Notes: generated by a model not told the origin, from the letters alone. Positions 18,583-29,087 are shown, numbered from the whole stretch's first letter. The stretch: DNA of 63,898 nucleotides, filler included, from Reclinomonas americana ATCC 50394 (GCA_048213135.1; 5 parts of 3 records of this genome joined end to end with filler, not necessarily neighbours in it); one strand, 5' to 3'. Numbers and translations are program-made.

Positions 18583-20700
18583 ATGCACCATCGCAAATCC
18601 GGCTCGTCCGCCAATAAGCGCCAGCCCGCCAGCGACCTCCTGGCGCGAGCTTACCTTGAAAGCCTCGCAAAGGAGGCAGGCGCGAAGATCAAACCAATGC
18701 TTCGTGGTGAATATTCCGATGATGCGCTGGAGCGCCTGATAGACGAGCTCGACGATGACGTCGCCGATCCCAGCATTGCGATACTCCGCGCGGATCTGGC
18801 AGCTGTCGCGATTTTGATGGCTCGCGCGATCGAAGGGGAACCCGGTCTAGCGCGCGGATTGCGTCGGGAAGCTCCCATCGTGGTGTTGACCGCCCATAAT
18901 CCGAGCTTCATCGAGATGGCGAAGGAAGTAGCTCAAACCTGCGTGTTGCCGACCGGCTCGCGCGTCCTGGAGGTCGGCGGCCTTAGTATCGGATTCCATA
19001 CCAGGGGAATGCTCGTCGCTCGCGACGGGACTGCGAAAGACGATCGGCCGGAAAAAGGTAATCGTGAAGTCACTGCTGCACTGCAGCGCCGAATTCCTGT
19101 GCTGGGAATCGCGCCAGATCCCATTCGCCACCTCCCGCAGGCTCTGATGCGGACTGCGGAGTATGAGCTCGCGCTGCCGGCGCTCGACCAGAGTGCGATT
19201 GCCCTGGTCATCGAAGCGGTGACCGGGCAGACGCCAACTCGCGATATGGATCCAGATTTGATCCGGCTGATCGATATCGACGATCTTCCGCTGGCATTCA
19301 GATCTGGCCGCGCAGGAAACGACTGTCTCAACGCCATCGAAGACGTGGTGCGGAAAAAGGGCGACTACCTGATCAGCGGGCCCTCGCTGGAACAACTTCC
19401 CGGATATGGCGCGGCCAAGGAGTGGGGTCTCCAGTTGGCCGAAGACTTGGCGGAGTACAAGGCAGGCCGGCTCAGTTGGGCTGACATCGACAACAAGGGG
19501 TTGCTCGTTTCGGGGCCGCCTGGCACAGGAAAAACGCAGTTTGCGCGCGCGTTGGCTAAAACCGCTCGGGTTCCATTGATTTCGACGTCCGTAGCGCAAT
19601 GGAATGCGGCCACATACCTCTCCGGTACTTTGCAAGCTATCCGCGGAGCGTTCGCTCAAGCCCGACGTCAGGCGCCGTGCATTCTATTTATCGACGAAAT
19701 GGACGGTATCTCTGATCGCGCGAAGCTTCGTGGTGATTATGTCGAGTACTGGACCCAGATCGTAAACCTCCTGCTTGAACAGCTTGCTGGCATCGAGGAA
19801 CGACCCGGGGTCGTGGTCATCGGCGCGACAAATCATCCGGACCGGATCGACGCGGCAGTAAAACGGGCAGGCAGACTCGATCGGGAAATCGAGATTCCAA
19901 AACCGGACACGCTCACCCTTGCCGACATTTTCCGCTTTCACATCGGCTCGGAGCTCTTGCCCGATGCAGATCTTGTTCCCTTGGCGCTGGCGTCACGTGG
20001 GGCCACCGGAGCGGATGTTGAGGCGCTCGTCAGGCGTGCGAAAGGTACCGCCAGGCGTTCTCGTCGCGCGCTGATGCTCGACGACGTCATGGCGGCCATA
20101 GCGGCCGACGCGCCAGCCATTCCGGCTCAAGCTCGGTGGCGCATTGCCGTGCATGAGAGCGGTCATGCGTTAGCCGCCCACGCGCTGGAGACTGGAACTG
20201 TCTGCGGGATTTCGATCCATACGCGGGGCGGCTTCTTTGAATTCGAGAGCAATCTGTCTGGCTCAGCAACGTTCGACCGCCTTCAGCGGGAAATGGCCGT
20301 GTTATTGGCCGGCCGCTCGGCAGAGCGTCTAATCTTGGGCGATGTGAGCGCTGGGGCTGGGATGCAACCCGCCTCCGATCTGGGGCGTGCGACGGCATTC
20401 GCCATGCTGATCGAGACGCAATGCGGGATGGGTCATTCCGGAGGCGCCTACCTGGAGGAGGTCAAGGAGCTCGCCCAAGTTCCAGCCCTGCACCTCGCCG
20501 TCAATGCGCAGCTCAAAGACGCGGAAGCCAAGGCAGCGCAAATTCTTGAGCCGAGACGCGCCACATTGTTGGAACTGGCAACGACGCTCGACCAACGAGG
20601 CTATCTTTCGGGAGGCGAGATCGAAGGCATCATCGGCCAAACTAGGATGGAAGCGGCTAAGTGGGACCGGGCTCCTGCGCAAGTCGCGAGGTCCGCATGA
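18583..20700 (+). CDS. Soluble FtsH-like AAA+ ATPase / M41 zinc protease
   Basis: GPPGTGKT, LFIDEMD, GATNHPDRIDAAVKRAGRLDR, HESGH zinc motif, LLAGRSAE; no transmembrane segments; AAGGAG RBS before ATG 18583. Confidence 0.88.
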   Translation: MHHRKSGSSANKRQPASDLLARAYLESLAKEAGAKIKPMLRGEYSDDALERLIDELDDDVADPSIAILRADLAAVAILMARAIEGEPGLARGLRREAPIVVLTAHNPSFIEMAKEVAQTCVLPTGSRVLEVGGLSIGFHTRGMLVARDGTAKDDRPEKGNREVTAALQRRIPVLGIAPDPIRHLPQALMRTAEYELALPALDQSAIALVIEAVTGQTPTRDMDPDLIRLIDIDDLPLAFRSGRAGNDCLNAIEDVVRKKGDYLISGPSLEQLPGYGAAKEWGLQLAEDLAEYKAGRLSWADIDNKGLLVSGPPGTGKTQFARALAKTARVPLISTSVAQWNAATYLSGTLQAIRGAFAQARRQAPCILFIDEMDGISDRAKLRGDYVEYWTQIVNLLLEQLAGIEERPGVVVIGATNHPDRIDAAVKRAGRLDREIEIPKPDTLTLADIFRFHIGSELLPDADLVPLALASRGATGADVEALVRRAKGTARRSRRALMLDDVMAAIAADAPAIPAQARWRIAVHESGHALAAHALETGTVCGISIHTRGGFFEFESNLSGSATFDRLQREMAVLLAGRSAERLILGDVSAGAGMQPASDLGRATAFAMLIETQCGMGHSGGAYLEEVKELAQVPALHLAVNAQLKDAEAKAAQILEPRRATLLELATTLDQRGYLSGGEIEGIIGQTRMEAAKWDRAPAQVARSA

Positions 20701-20915
20701 TCCGCCTCGGCCAAGCCCTGCATGAAGACGAAGGGTCGGGTTCTCTGCCGGAGGTCGAGGCTCTTTTGCTCCAGGCAACCCACGACCTTGCCGCCACCCT
20801 AGGCGTCGAGCCTGAGCAGGCATTGCGCGCCCTCGCGGTTGTCATACGGCGGCGCGCTGATTTCGAGCGCCTCAAAGGCGCGGCCAAGGCAACCTCAGGT
20901 CGCATCCTCCGCTGA
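20697..20915 (+). CDS. Small helical hypothetical protein
   Basis: ATGA overlap with the stop of the FtsH-like gene. Confidence 0.55.
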   Translation: MIRLGQALHEDEGSGSLPEVEALLLQATHDLAATLGVEPEQALRALAVVIRRRADFERLKGAAKATSGRILR

Positions 20916-21010
20916 GCGCACCGCGGTTCTGAGAATCTACGATTGCCTGCCAGCCGGCTCTCGCCGGTTGGGTGCGCTTTTGACCGAAATCGCCCCGAAG
21001 GAGGTTCGCC

Positions 21011-21364
21011 ATGAAAGAACTGGCAGAGAAGATCATGTCGGCGGCCGCTGACCTTCGCCGTCTCGAAGCGGGCTGGCGCCCAACAGAGGTCGACCTGGAA
21101 GAAGCTGTTGGACTCGATGATTGGCTGCAAGGGATCGATTGCGAGACTAAGCAGCATGTTCTCATTGGACAGTCGGTCGGCCACCCAATTCTCGGCGATC
21201 AGCTTATTACCACCAGCCCTGTATTGTGGATCAGTCAGGATCGTAAAATTGCCCGGACACTGAGCCGCTGGTACCGCCTACGGAAGCCTGCTGCATTGGT
21301 GACCGCGCATCAGACTTCCGCGGATCGGGCGAAACCGGAGGACCCAGGGCCGCTTCGTGGCTGA
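21011..21364 (+). CDS. DUF6634-like protein
   Basis: LIGQSVGHPILG...TTSPVLWI...ARTLSRWYRL pattern; AAGGAGG RBS. Confidence 0.7.
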   Translation: MKELAEKIMSAAADLRRLEAGWRPTEVDLEEAVGLDDWLQGIDCETKQHVLIGQSVGHPILGDQLITTSPVLWISQDRKIARTLSRWYRLRKPAALVTAHQTSADRAKPEDPGPLRG

Positions 21365-21432
21365 CCGGGGCGGCAAGTCCGTCTGCAGCGCCTCCTCGCG
21401 TATTCATCGAAATAGCCCGAGGATCCTGACCG

Positions 21433-21804
21433 ATGGCTGAACCGTTGACCAGATCGGAGGAGCTCGTGCTCATTCGCACAGTCATCTCCTTGCTCAAAAA
21501 CTGGTCCGCCAATGATGGCGAAGCGCGAACAATTCTGAATCTGTCGCCGACAACATATGCCGAATGGAGGCGGAACAACGTTGGCTACGTCTCCTCGGAG
21601 CAGGTTTATCGCTCGACCCTTCTTTTGCAGATCCATGCAGCGCTGAGAATGCGCTTCAGCAATGCAAGTCGCGCGGCGGGATGGATGAACCGTCCGAACG
21701 ACATCTTTTCAGGACGAACCCCACTTGCGCTGATCGCCGGCGGCGAGCTCTCATCGCTTGAGCGTCTCCTGGCGTATTTGGCCGCTGACCTTTCGCCGTG
21801 GTGA
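21433..21804 (+). CDS. Xre/MbcA/ParS-type antitoxin (orphan)
   Basis: LLLQIHAALRMRF...WMNRPNDIFSGRTPLALI...LAYL. Confidence 0.8.
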   Translation: MAEPLTRSEELVLIRTVISLLKNWSANDGEARTILNLSPTTYAEWRRNNVGYVSSEQVYRSTLLLQIHAALRMRFSNASRAAGWMNRPNDIFSGRTPLALIAGGELSSLERLLAYLAADLSPW

Positions 21805-21907
21805 ACCGGTCCCCGACGTGCACGCGCTTGGAGCTCGACTTTGTCGGTGGACCGAAGTGGCAAGATTGGCCGATCCGGCTTTTGCGCCCTATTACAGGCT
21901 GGCATGC

Positions 21908-23017
21908 TCACGGCGCACTGACGAAACGCTCCAACTCTTCGTCACTGATCCGTGTCAATGGCAGACCAAAGGTCTCGCGCAGCCGCATCACGAGCGATTG
22001 CGCCCAGAGCGCGTTCCACACCAGACCGGCGTGATCATCAGCGAGGATCGCATTGTTCGGCTCATCTCCGATGGTGTTCGTGACCCGCAGCTCCTCGCCT
22101 ACGACAACCGCCTTGTATTTTGGCGTGCCGTCGAGCTCGCGCATTCCCCAAAGATTACGAAACCAGATCCCCAGATCGAAAAAGCCGAGGCGGGCATCAG
22201 AGCCGGCCAATCCGCGTAATCGGGCGTTGAAATCGTCAAAAGCGGTTTGGATGTTGGCGATGGCGACAGCAGAGCGGTATTTGTCGAAGGCTCCCGGTTC
22301 ATTCATCTCGTTGTCGACGCCCACCAACAACATGCGGGTGTTTGGATGCCTAGCATGGATCAATCTTATGGCCGCGGCGATCTTTTCCACGCAATAGGCC
22401 GCCGCAGCCCGGACCTTAGGCGCCTTGGGATCGCGTGCCTGATCGTCCAGAACCGCTGACCAATCATTGTTGCCGATACGGATGACGACGATACCGCTGC
22501 GCCAGCGCCCAGGGTCAAGGTCCATCAGCTCCACCAACTGCGATGCCTGGCCGGGTTTTTGTAGTGTCCCTCCGATCAAATTGCCGCAAGAGGCGCCGGA
22601 ACTGGCGAAATTATAGAGGTAATCCTCTTTTCTTGGCGTACGACCGGCGTCCAGCCCGATGGCGCGGCGCAACCAGGCCGCTTGGCCGGATCTCCCCCAC
22701 AGTACCCAGGGCCCCAAGTTCAGCTCATTGCCGCGCACGCGCGCCAACACCTCAGTCCACTGGAAGGTACGGGCGCGAAAAGCGCCGCCACGATCGGCGG
22801 AACCTGGTGGAAAGCTCAGGCTGTCTTGATAGGAGTGGCTGCTGGAATCACCTAGAACCGCGAGCGCGATTGTCGTTGGCCGCGAGTTGTCGGCGGGAAC
22901 GTCGCCTTCTCGCAGCACTACAATCGCTATACCCAACGCGACAAACCCAATCAGCGCAGCGATGACTCGCTTTAAGCTGCGGGCGCGGATGTTAGCCCGA
23001 TCGATGTCCATGGACAT
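21908..23017 (-). CDS. SGNH/GDSL hydrolase with N-terminal membrane anchor
   Basis: VLGDSSS (block I), IGNND (block III), ADDHAG (block V); hydrophobic N-terminus. Confidence 0.8.
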   Translation of the reverse strand: MSMDIDRANIRARSLKRVIAALIGFVALGIAIVVLREGDVPADNSRPTTIALAVLGDSSSHSYQDSLSFPPGSADRGGAFRARTFQWTEVLARVRGNELNLGPWVLWGRSGQAAWLRRAIGLDAGRTPRKEDYLYNFASSGASCGNLIGGTLQKPGQASQLVELMDLDPGRWRSGIVVIRIGNNDWSAVLDDQARDPKAPKVRAAAAYCVEKIAAAIRLIHARHPNTRMLLVGVDNEMNEPGAFDKYRSAVAIANIQTAFDDFNARLRGLAGSDARLGFFDLGIWFRNLWGMRELDGTPKYKAVVVGEELRVTNTIGDEPNNAILADDHAGLVWNALWAQSLVMRLRETFGLPLTRISDEELERFVSAP

Positions 23018-23487
23018 GCTTCCTCGAGGTCCCTCCACGTTGATTTGGAGGACTCCGTAGCTGCGATTTGCGCACAATTGACCGGCAGCTTCGAACGAAA
23101 CCTCACCACGCGATACGGCGCTTTGGAGGGATACGGTGCTCATTTTCGTCGTTGAACGACCCGGTCGACGCTGCTTGCTCGCAGGCAGCGACGGAGGCGG
23201 CGTGAGATCAGGCGGAATTCCGTGAAAGACAAGGCCGACCTCACCCGGGGAGCGGCTGAGGCTCGCCGGTATCCTGCTCGATCTTGTCCCCATCGAGGAG
23301 GATGAAATCGATTTAGCTCGGCGCGCCGTGGATCGCTTTTTCAAGGCGCCGCCGAAGTCACGTCCGCTAAACGGCGAACTCCTCCACGACTGCTTTGTTA
23401 CCGTTTGTTTCAGCCGGGAACAGCCAATCGCCACCTGCGTCTTATTCGAGGAACGACAATTGTCGTTCGATGAACAGGAGGCCGATC

Positions 23488-23820
23488 ATGCACCATCTCG
23501 ACGCCGCCATGCAGTCCTGCATCGACGAATGCCTGCGCTGCTATCAAACCTGCCTCGGCATGAGCACAAGCCATTGCCTTAAGCTCGGCGGAGCGCACGC
23601 TGCCCCGGAGCACATCCAGCTGATGCAGGCTTGCGCCGAGATCTGCCGAGCCAGCGCCCAGGTGATGATCATCGGCTCCGCGCACCATAAGCATCTCTGC
23701 GCCGAATGCGCCGACATCTGCGAAGATTGCGCCAACGAATGCGAGCGGATTGGAGACATGGACGATTGTGTCCAGGCGTGCCGCAGTTGCGCGGATAGCT
23801 GCCGGAAAATGGCGGCGTAG
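23488..23820 (+). CDS. Cys-rich four-helix-bundle copper storage protein (Csp3/DUF326-like)
   Basis: Repeated CxxxC/CxxC (CAEICRAS, CAECADICEDCANEC, CVQACRSCADSC); AGGAGG RBS. Confidence 0.85.
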   Translation: MHHLDAAMQSCIDECLRCYQTCLGMSTSHCLKLGGAHAAPEHIQLMQACAEICRASAQVMIIGSAHHKHLCAECADICEDCANECERIGDMDDCVQACRSCADSCRKMAA

Positions 23821-23851
23821 CGACTCCTGTCCTCGTTTCGTGGAGATTCCG

Positions 23852-24235
23852 ATGATGCGCTTCATTCTGACCGCCGGTCTCGCAGCCTCGATGATGACCG
23901 CGGCATTTGCCCAGCCAGCGCCCAAGCCTCAGATGGGCGACAGCATGCCCATGAAAATGATGATGCCGGAGGCTTCCGATTCCGCATCAACGAAGGAATA
24001 CAAGGCGGCGATGATGCGGATGATGCAGGCGATGCCGCCGAAATTTACCGGCGACGCCGACATCGATTTCATGATGCAGATGAAAGCCCATCATCAAGGT
24101 GCGATCGATATGGCCAAGGTTGCCCTCGCCCATGGCAAGGACCCGACCGTCAAGAAACTCGCCACCGAAATCGTCAGCGCCCAGGAAAAGGAGATCAAAA
24201 CGATCGATCAGTGGCTGAAGGCCAAGGGCAAATAG
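23852..24235 (+). CDS. DUF305/CopM-like periplasmic Met-rich metal-binding protein
   Basis: Signal peptide, Met-rich; DIDFMMQMKAHHQGAIDMAK...IVSAQEKEI. Confidence 0.85.
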   Translation: MMRFILTAGLAASMMTAAFAQPAPKPQMGDSMPMKMMMPEASDSASTKEYKAAMMRMMQAMPPKFTGDADIDFMMQMKAHHQGAIDMAKVALAHGKDPTVKKLATEIVSAQEKEIKTIDQWLKAKGK

Positions 24236-24282
24236 CTGCGGGTTGGGACGTCCCGGGCAAACCTGAGCGTTAGGAGGCTGCC

Positions 24283-24753
24283 ATGGAGCATGGCAATCAC
24301 CATAAAGGCCAGAACCACTACGGCCGGCTAGCGATCGAACTGACGCTGGACTTCATCGTGATGTACCTCGTCATGTACACGATGATCGCGGCGCTTGGGC
24401 ATTTCCATCTTAATCTCAACAACGTCTACATGACGCTGATGATGGTGGCGCCGATGACGCTCATCATGCTCGTCTCGATGCGTTCCATGTTCCCGTCGCA
24501 GCGCCTGAACATGATCATCGGCGCCGGCGCCCTTGCTGTGTTTGTCGGCGGTTTCATAGCCATGCGAACCCAAGCTGGTATTGGCAACGCCGAGTTCCTG
24601 CGCTCGATGATCCCGCATCATTCCGGCGGGATCCTGATGTGCGAAAAGGCCAACATCACCGATCCGGAGATCGTCGCGCTTTGCCGCGAGATCATCAAAT
24701 CGCAGAGCCAGGAAATCGCGCAGATGGAGGCGATCCTCGCTCGGCAGAGGTGA
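24283..24753 (+). CDS. Membrane DUF305-domain protein
   Basis: Three hydrophobic helices, then FLRSMIPHHSGGILMC...IIKSQSQEIAQM. Confidence 0.8.
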   Translation: MEHGNHHKGQNHYGRLAIELTLDFIVMYLVMYTMIAALGHFHLNLNNVYMTLMMVAPMTLIMLVSMRSMFPSQRLNMIIGAGALAVFVGGFIAMRTQAGIGNAEFLRSMIPHHSGGILMCEKANITDPEIVALCREIIKSQSQEIAQMEAILARQR

Positions 24754-24846
24754 AACACTTCACATCCGAAGTCGACATCCCCATTTCAAGCTTAGGTCCT
24801 CAAGCCCCGACCGGGTTGCCCTCGGGGCAAGCCAGAGGAGGCTACG

Positions 24847-25194
24847 ATGAGGATGGTCCGCCAAATCGCCGTGTCGGCGACCTGCTTGCTTTTCGTGTCT
24901 CAGCTTGAACCTGCGGTCGCCCATCGTGCCAACGTGGTCCTGGGGATGAAAGAGCTCACCAGCGCGATCAACGGCAAGGTCTGCGCGACAGCGGGAGGAG
25001 CACGCTTCACCTTCGATCATGATGGGCGCTTCTCATATGACGGCCTCTGGCAAAGTAGCGGGAACTTCACGCTTGGCGACAGCGCTGTGGTCGTCACGTT
25101 CGATAGCGGCCTTCAGCGCGCGTTTGAAATTTCCAGACGAAACGGCGCGCTCTATATGGAGCAAACACGCGTCGTGTGCGCGGCAAAGGAATAG
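24847..25194 (+). CDS. Secreted hypothetical protein
   Basis: GAGGAGG RBS, signal-like N-terminus. Confidence 0.6.
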   Translation: MRMVRQIAVSATCLLFVSQLEPAVAHRANVVLGMKELTSAINGKVCATAGGARFTFDHDGRFSYDGLWQSSGNFTLGDSAVVVTFDSGLQRAFEISRRNGALYMEQTRVVCAAKE

Positions 25195-25462
25195 AGCCAG
25201 CTCGGAAGGGTATTGCCCCAGGCGCTGCGGTTTGATGCTCGTTTAGCTAAAGGCGCTTCGCGTGGTTGTCGGCGCCTCCTTCAGACGTTCCATCATAGCC
25301 ACGCAGGCTCATTTGAGCGCATGGAGTGGACCGCTCGCCGGTGAAGCCTCGCCGGCAGTGGCCATGAAGCCTGAGCCCCTAAACACAACGAAACATCCAC
25401 CTTTCGGGGCGGATTCTATTGACTTTTTCGGTGCATCGACCGACATTTTAGGTGAGGCTATC

Positions 25463-25663
25463 ATGCAAGTCGGACCTTCATATAGCGTCGCAGAGCGACG
25501 TGAAGCCAAGCGCGCCTCGCGAGAGCGAGATGCCGAGCGGCTACGCAATGGGAAAATCAGCGCCTCTGAGCTGAACGAGCGTAACGGCTTTTTCTCAGCG
25601 CTCGATCGCTCCAAAGCCCGTGTCATCGTTTGGCGTGGCCGCGTCAAACTTGATGGCAAGTGA
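25463..25663 (+). CDS. Small basic protein (66 aa), possible antitoxin
   Basis: GGTGAGG RBS; KRASRERDAERL...ELNERNGFF; overlaps the start of the next gene. Confidence 0.6.
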   Translation: MQVGPSYSVAERREAKRASRERDAERLRNGKISASELNERNGFFSALDRSKARVIVWRGRVKLDGK

Positions 25664-25941
25664 CGCCGACGAGCCTCGATTTGGGGCTGAGGATGTCATT
25701 CTGGTCGCGTCGAAGCTGACGCTAGATGACGCGACTTTTGTGGTCGGTGGGCAAGCTACTAATCTGTGGGCTTGGTGGTATCAGGGACGCGATCCAGCAC
25801 TGAGCCCAAACGATCCACTGACAAGTCGGGATATCGATTTCTTCGGATCGTTCAAGGCCGCCCGGGCATTTGCCGAGGCCTTAGGTGGGACGGTCAGTTC
25901 ACCAGATTCCGACACTATGAACAGTCCGAGTACGGCACTGG
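25653..25941 (+). CDS. Pol-beta-like nucleotidyltransferase, truncated at scaffold end
   Basis: VVGGQATNLW and TSRDIDFFG motifs. Confidence 0.6.
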
Positions 25942-26041
25942 NNNNNNNNNNNNNNNNNNNNNNNNNNNNNNNNNNNNNNNNNNNNTTAATTAATTAANNN
26001 NNNNNNNNNNNNNNNNNNNNNNNNNNNNNNNNNNNNNNNNN
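25942..26041. other. Artificial scaffold linker
   Basis: N44-TTAATTAATTAA-N44 (stop codons in all six frames). Confidence 0.95.
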
Positions 26042-26661
26042 CCGCCTTCGCATCCATCTTCCGCGAGACGGCGGTCGCGCATCCCGATTTCGGCGAGGTC
26101 CGGCGCGTCTACGAGATCCTGCGCGCCGTGAACTATATCGGCATGTTCGCAGACCGCCAGAAGGACAAGCCCAGGCAATGGGGACCGCTCGTTCAGCAGA
26201 ACCTGGACCATGCCGCGCGCTTCTCCCTGGAGGACGCTTCGCTGGCCTTCATCGAGCAGAACCGCATCTACCAGCGCGTGCAGGCTTTCTTCCGCGAGTT
26301 CGACCTGCTGATCACGCCGACCGTCGGAGCCTATCCCTGGCCCAAGCACGACATGTATCCCGCCGAGATCGGGGGCGAGCCGATTGCCAACTATTTCGAC
26401 TGGGTCGGGCTGACCTACGCGATCACGCTGATCAATCACCCCTGCATCTCGATTCCGTGCGGGCGCGATGATCGGGGCCTGCCCTTCGGCCTCCAGATCA
26501 TCGGTCGCAGGAACGCGGACCTGCATCTGGTGCGTGTCGCCGAGGCGATCGAGAAGGTTCTCGCGCCGTCGCCCGCGCTGGCGAGGCCGCTGCCCGACCT
26601 GAGCTATGTGCGGACGGTACAGGTGAACGACCGCATGCAGCCCGTCGTCGCGGCCGGCTGA
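26042..26661 (+). CDS. Amidase-signature family protein, C-terminal part
   Basis: FDLLITPT, NHPCISIPCG, GLPFGLQIIG. Confidence 0.85.
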
Positions 26662-26721
26662 TGTGAGCGGCACTGACGACCGGCAGCGGAGCCGGTCCCG
26701 TGCCGAGCGGGGGGAGCCAGG

Positions 26722-28235
26722 ATGCTTCGACATATCGCAGGACGAGTTCTGGGAGCCGTTCCGGTCGTCCTCCTCGTCGCATTGGGGATCTTCGCCCTCG
26801 TCAGGCTCGCTCCCGGCGACGCGGCGANNNNNNNNNNNNNNNNNNNNNNNNNNNNNNNNNNNNNNNNNNNNNNNNNNNNNNNNNNNNNNNNNNNNNNNNN
26901 NNNNNNNNNNNNNNNNNNNNNNNNNNNNNNNNNNNNNNNNNNNNNNNNNNNNNNNNNNNNNNNNNNNNNNNNNNNNNNNNNNNNNNNNNNNNNNNNNNNN
27001 NNNNNNNNNNNNNNNNNNNNNNNNNNNNNNNNNNNNNNNNNNNNNNNNNNNNNNNNNNNNNNNNNNNNNNNNNNNNNNNNNNNNNNNNNNNNNNNNNNNN
27101 NNNNNNNNNNNNNNNNNNNNNNNNNNNNNNNNNNNNNNNNNNNNNNNNNNNNNNNNNNNNNNNNNNNNNNNNNNNNNNNNNNNNNNNNNNNNNNNNNNNN
27201 NNNNNNNNNNNNNNNNNNNNNNNNNNNNNNNNNNNNNNNNNNNNNNNNNNNNNNNNNNNNNNNNNNNNNNNNNNNNNNNNNNNNNNNNNNNNNNNNNNNN
27301 NNNNNNNNNNNNNNNNNNNNNNNNNNNNNNNNNNNNNNNNNNNNNNNNNNNNNNNNNNNNNNNNNNNNNNNNNNNNNNNNNNNNNNNNNNNNNNNNNNNN
27401 NNNNNNNNNNNNNNNNNNNNNNNNNNNNNNNNNNNNNNNNNNNNNNNNNNNNNNNNNNNNNNNNNNNNNNNNNNNNNNNNNNNNNNNNNNNNNNNNNNNN
27501 NNNNNNNNNNNNNNNNNNNNNNNNNNNNNNNNNNNNNNNNNNNNNNNNNNNNNNNNNNNNNNNNNNNNNNNNNNNNNNNNNNNNNNNNNNNNNNNNNNNN
27601 NNNNNNNNNNNNNNNNNNNNNNNNNNNNNNNNNNNNNNNNNNNNNNNNNNNNNNNNNNNNNNNNNNNNNNNNNNNNNNNNNNNNNNNNNNNNNNNNNNNN
27701 NNNNNNNNNNNNNNNNNNNNNNNNNNNNNNNNNNNNNNNNNNNNNNNNNNNNNNNNNNNNNNNNNNNNNNNNCGACAGCCTTCTGCAGGGCCAGGTCGGC
27801 CTCTTCCGCCAAGGGCTCCAATACATCCTGCTGCCGGCCACGACGCTAGCCTTCGGCATGATCGGCATCATCGCGCGCATCTCGCGCTCGGCGGTGATCG
27901 ACGTCGGACAGGAAGAATTCGTCGTCACCGCCGTCGCCAAGGGGCTGAAGCGGCGGGAGGTCGTCCGCAGCCATCTGCTGCCGAATGCCACGGTGCCGAT
28001 CATCACCATCATCGGCCTCGAGCTCGGGACCCTTATCAGCGGCAGCATCGTGGTCGAGGTCGTCTTCTCCTGGCCCGGACTCGGCTCGCTGCTCTACTCG
28101 GCCGTCACCTCGCGCGACATCCCGCTGACCACCGGGATCGTCGTCTCCTACACGTTCATCTTCATCTTCCTGAACGTTCTCGTCGATCTGGTCTATGTCC
28201 TGATCGACCCCCGCCTCAGGGTCGGGAGGACCTGA
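26722..28235 (+). CDS. Dpp/Opp ABC permease B (interrupted by an N gap)
   Basis: VRLAPGDAA before the gap; ILLPATTL, TAVAKGL, VEVVFSWPGLG and DPRLR after it. Confidence 0.85.
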
Positions 28236-28237
28236 CC

Positions 28238-29077
28238 ATGCAGGCCTGGCGCTTCCTCGAACTCAAATTCATCGTCGGCGTGGTCTGTCTCGGCAGCATC
28301 GTCGTGCTGGCGCTTTTCGGCGGCCTCATTGCCGGGCACGACCCCAATGAGCAGAACCTGCTGTTTGCGCTCGAACCGCCTTTTGGCACGGAAGGCGGTT
28401 ACCTTCTCGGCACGGACCATCTCGGGCGCGACCTCTTATCGCGCATGACGTCGGGAGCGCGGGTATCGCTGGCCATCGCCGGTTCGGTCGTCGTGCTCTC
28501 CGGCGTGGTGGGCGTGCTGGTCGGAGCTCTTTCGGGCTACCTCTCGGGAACACGCGACATCCTCATCCAGAAAGTCGTCGAGACGTTCTGGGCGTTTCCT
28601 CCGATCCTGCTCGCGATCGCGATCCTCGCCTTCTTTGGACCCAGCTTGACCAATGTCATCATTGCGCTGACGATCCAGCGCTGGATCCCTTACTGCCGGA
28701 TCGCGCGGGCCCAGGCGCTGATGCTGCGCTCGCGGGAATACATCTCCGCCGCCAAGATCATGGGAGGCGGCACGATCTGGGTGCTGCGTCATCATGTCCT
28801 GCCGAACCTGCTCGCCTCGGCCATCATCATCGGCACCTTCACGATGGCGACCGCGATCCTGGCGGAATCGAGCCTGAGCTTTCTGGGGCTGGGCGTTCCG
28901 CCCAGCGTCCCGACCTGGGGCGGCATGCTGGCGGAGGGACGCTCCTACATCACGCGCGCCTGGTGGCTCGCGGTCCTGCCGGGGCTGGGCATCTTCCTGA
29001 CCGTGCTCGGCCTCAACCTGCTCGGCGACTGGCTGCGCGACCAGCTCGACCCCAAGGCGGCGCTGAATCTGTCCTGA
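28238..29077 (+). CDS. Dpp/Opp ABC permease C
   Basis: LLGTDHLGRDLLSR, SLSFLGLG, NLLGDWLRDQLDP. Confidence 0.92.
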   Translation: MQAWRFLELKFIVGVVCLGSIVVLALFGGLIAGHDPNEQNLLFALEPPFGTEGGYLLGTDHLGRDLLSRMTSGARVSLAIAGSVVVLSGVVGVLVGALSGYLSGTRDILIQKVVETFWAFPPILLAIAILAFFGPSLTNVIIALTIQRWIPYCRIARAQALMLRSREYISAAKIMGGGTIWVLRHHVLPNLLASAIIIGTFTMATAILAESSLSFLGLGVPPSVPTWGGMLAEGRSYITRAWWLAVLPGLGIFLTVLGLNLLGDWLRDQLDPKAALNLS

Positions 29078-29087
29078 GGAACGCGGC

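Noticed and set aside
3048..25941. CRISPR-associated transposon (CAST)
   Set aside because: No cas6/7/8/12k-like ORF and no repeat-spacer array seen. Unsequenced gaps cannot be excluded.
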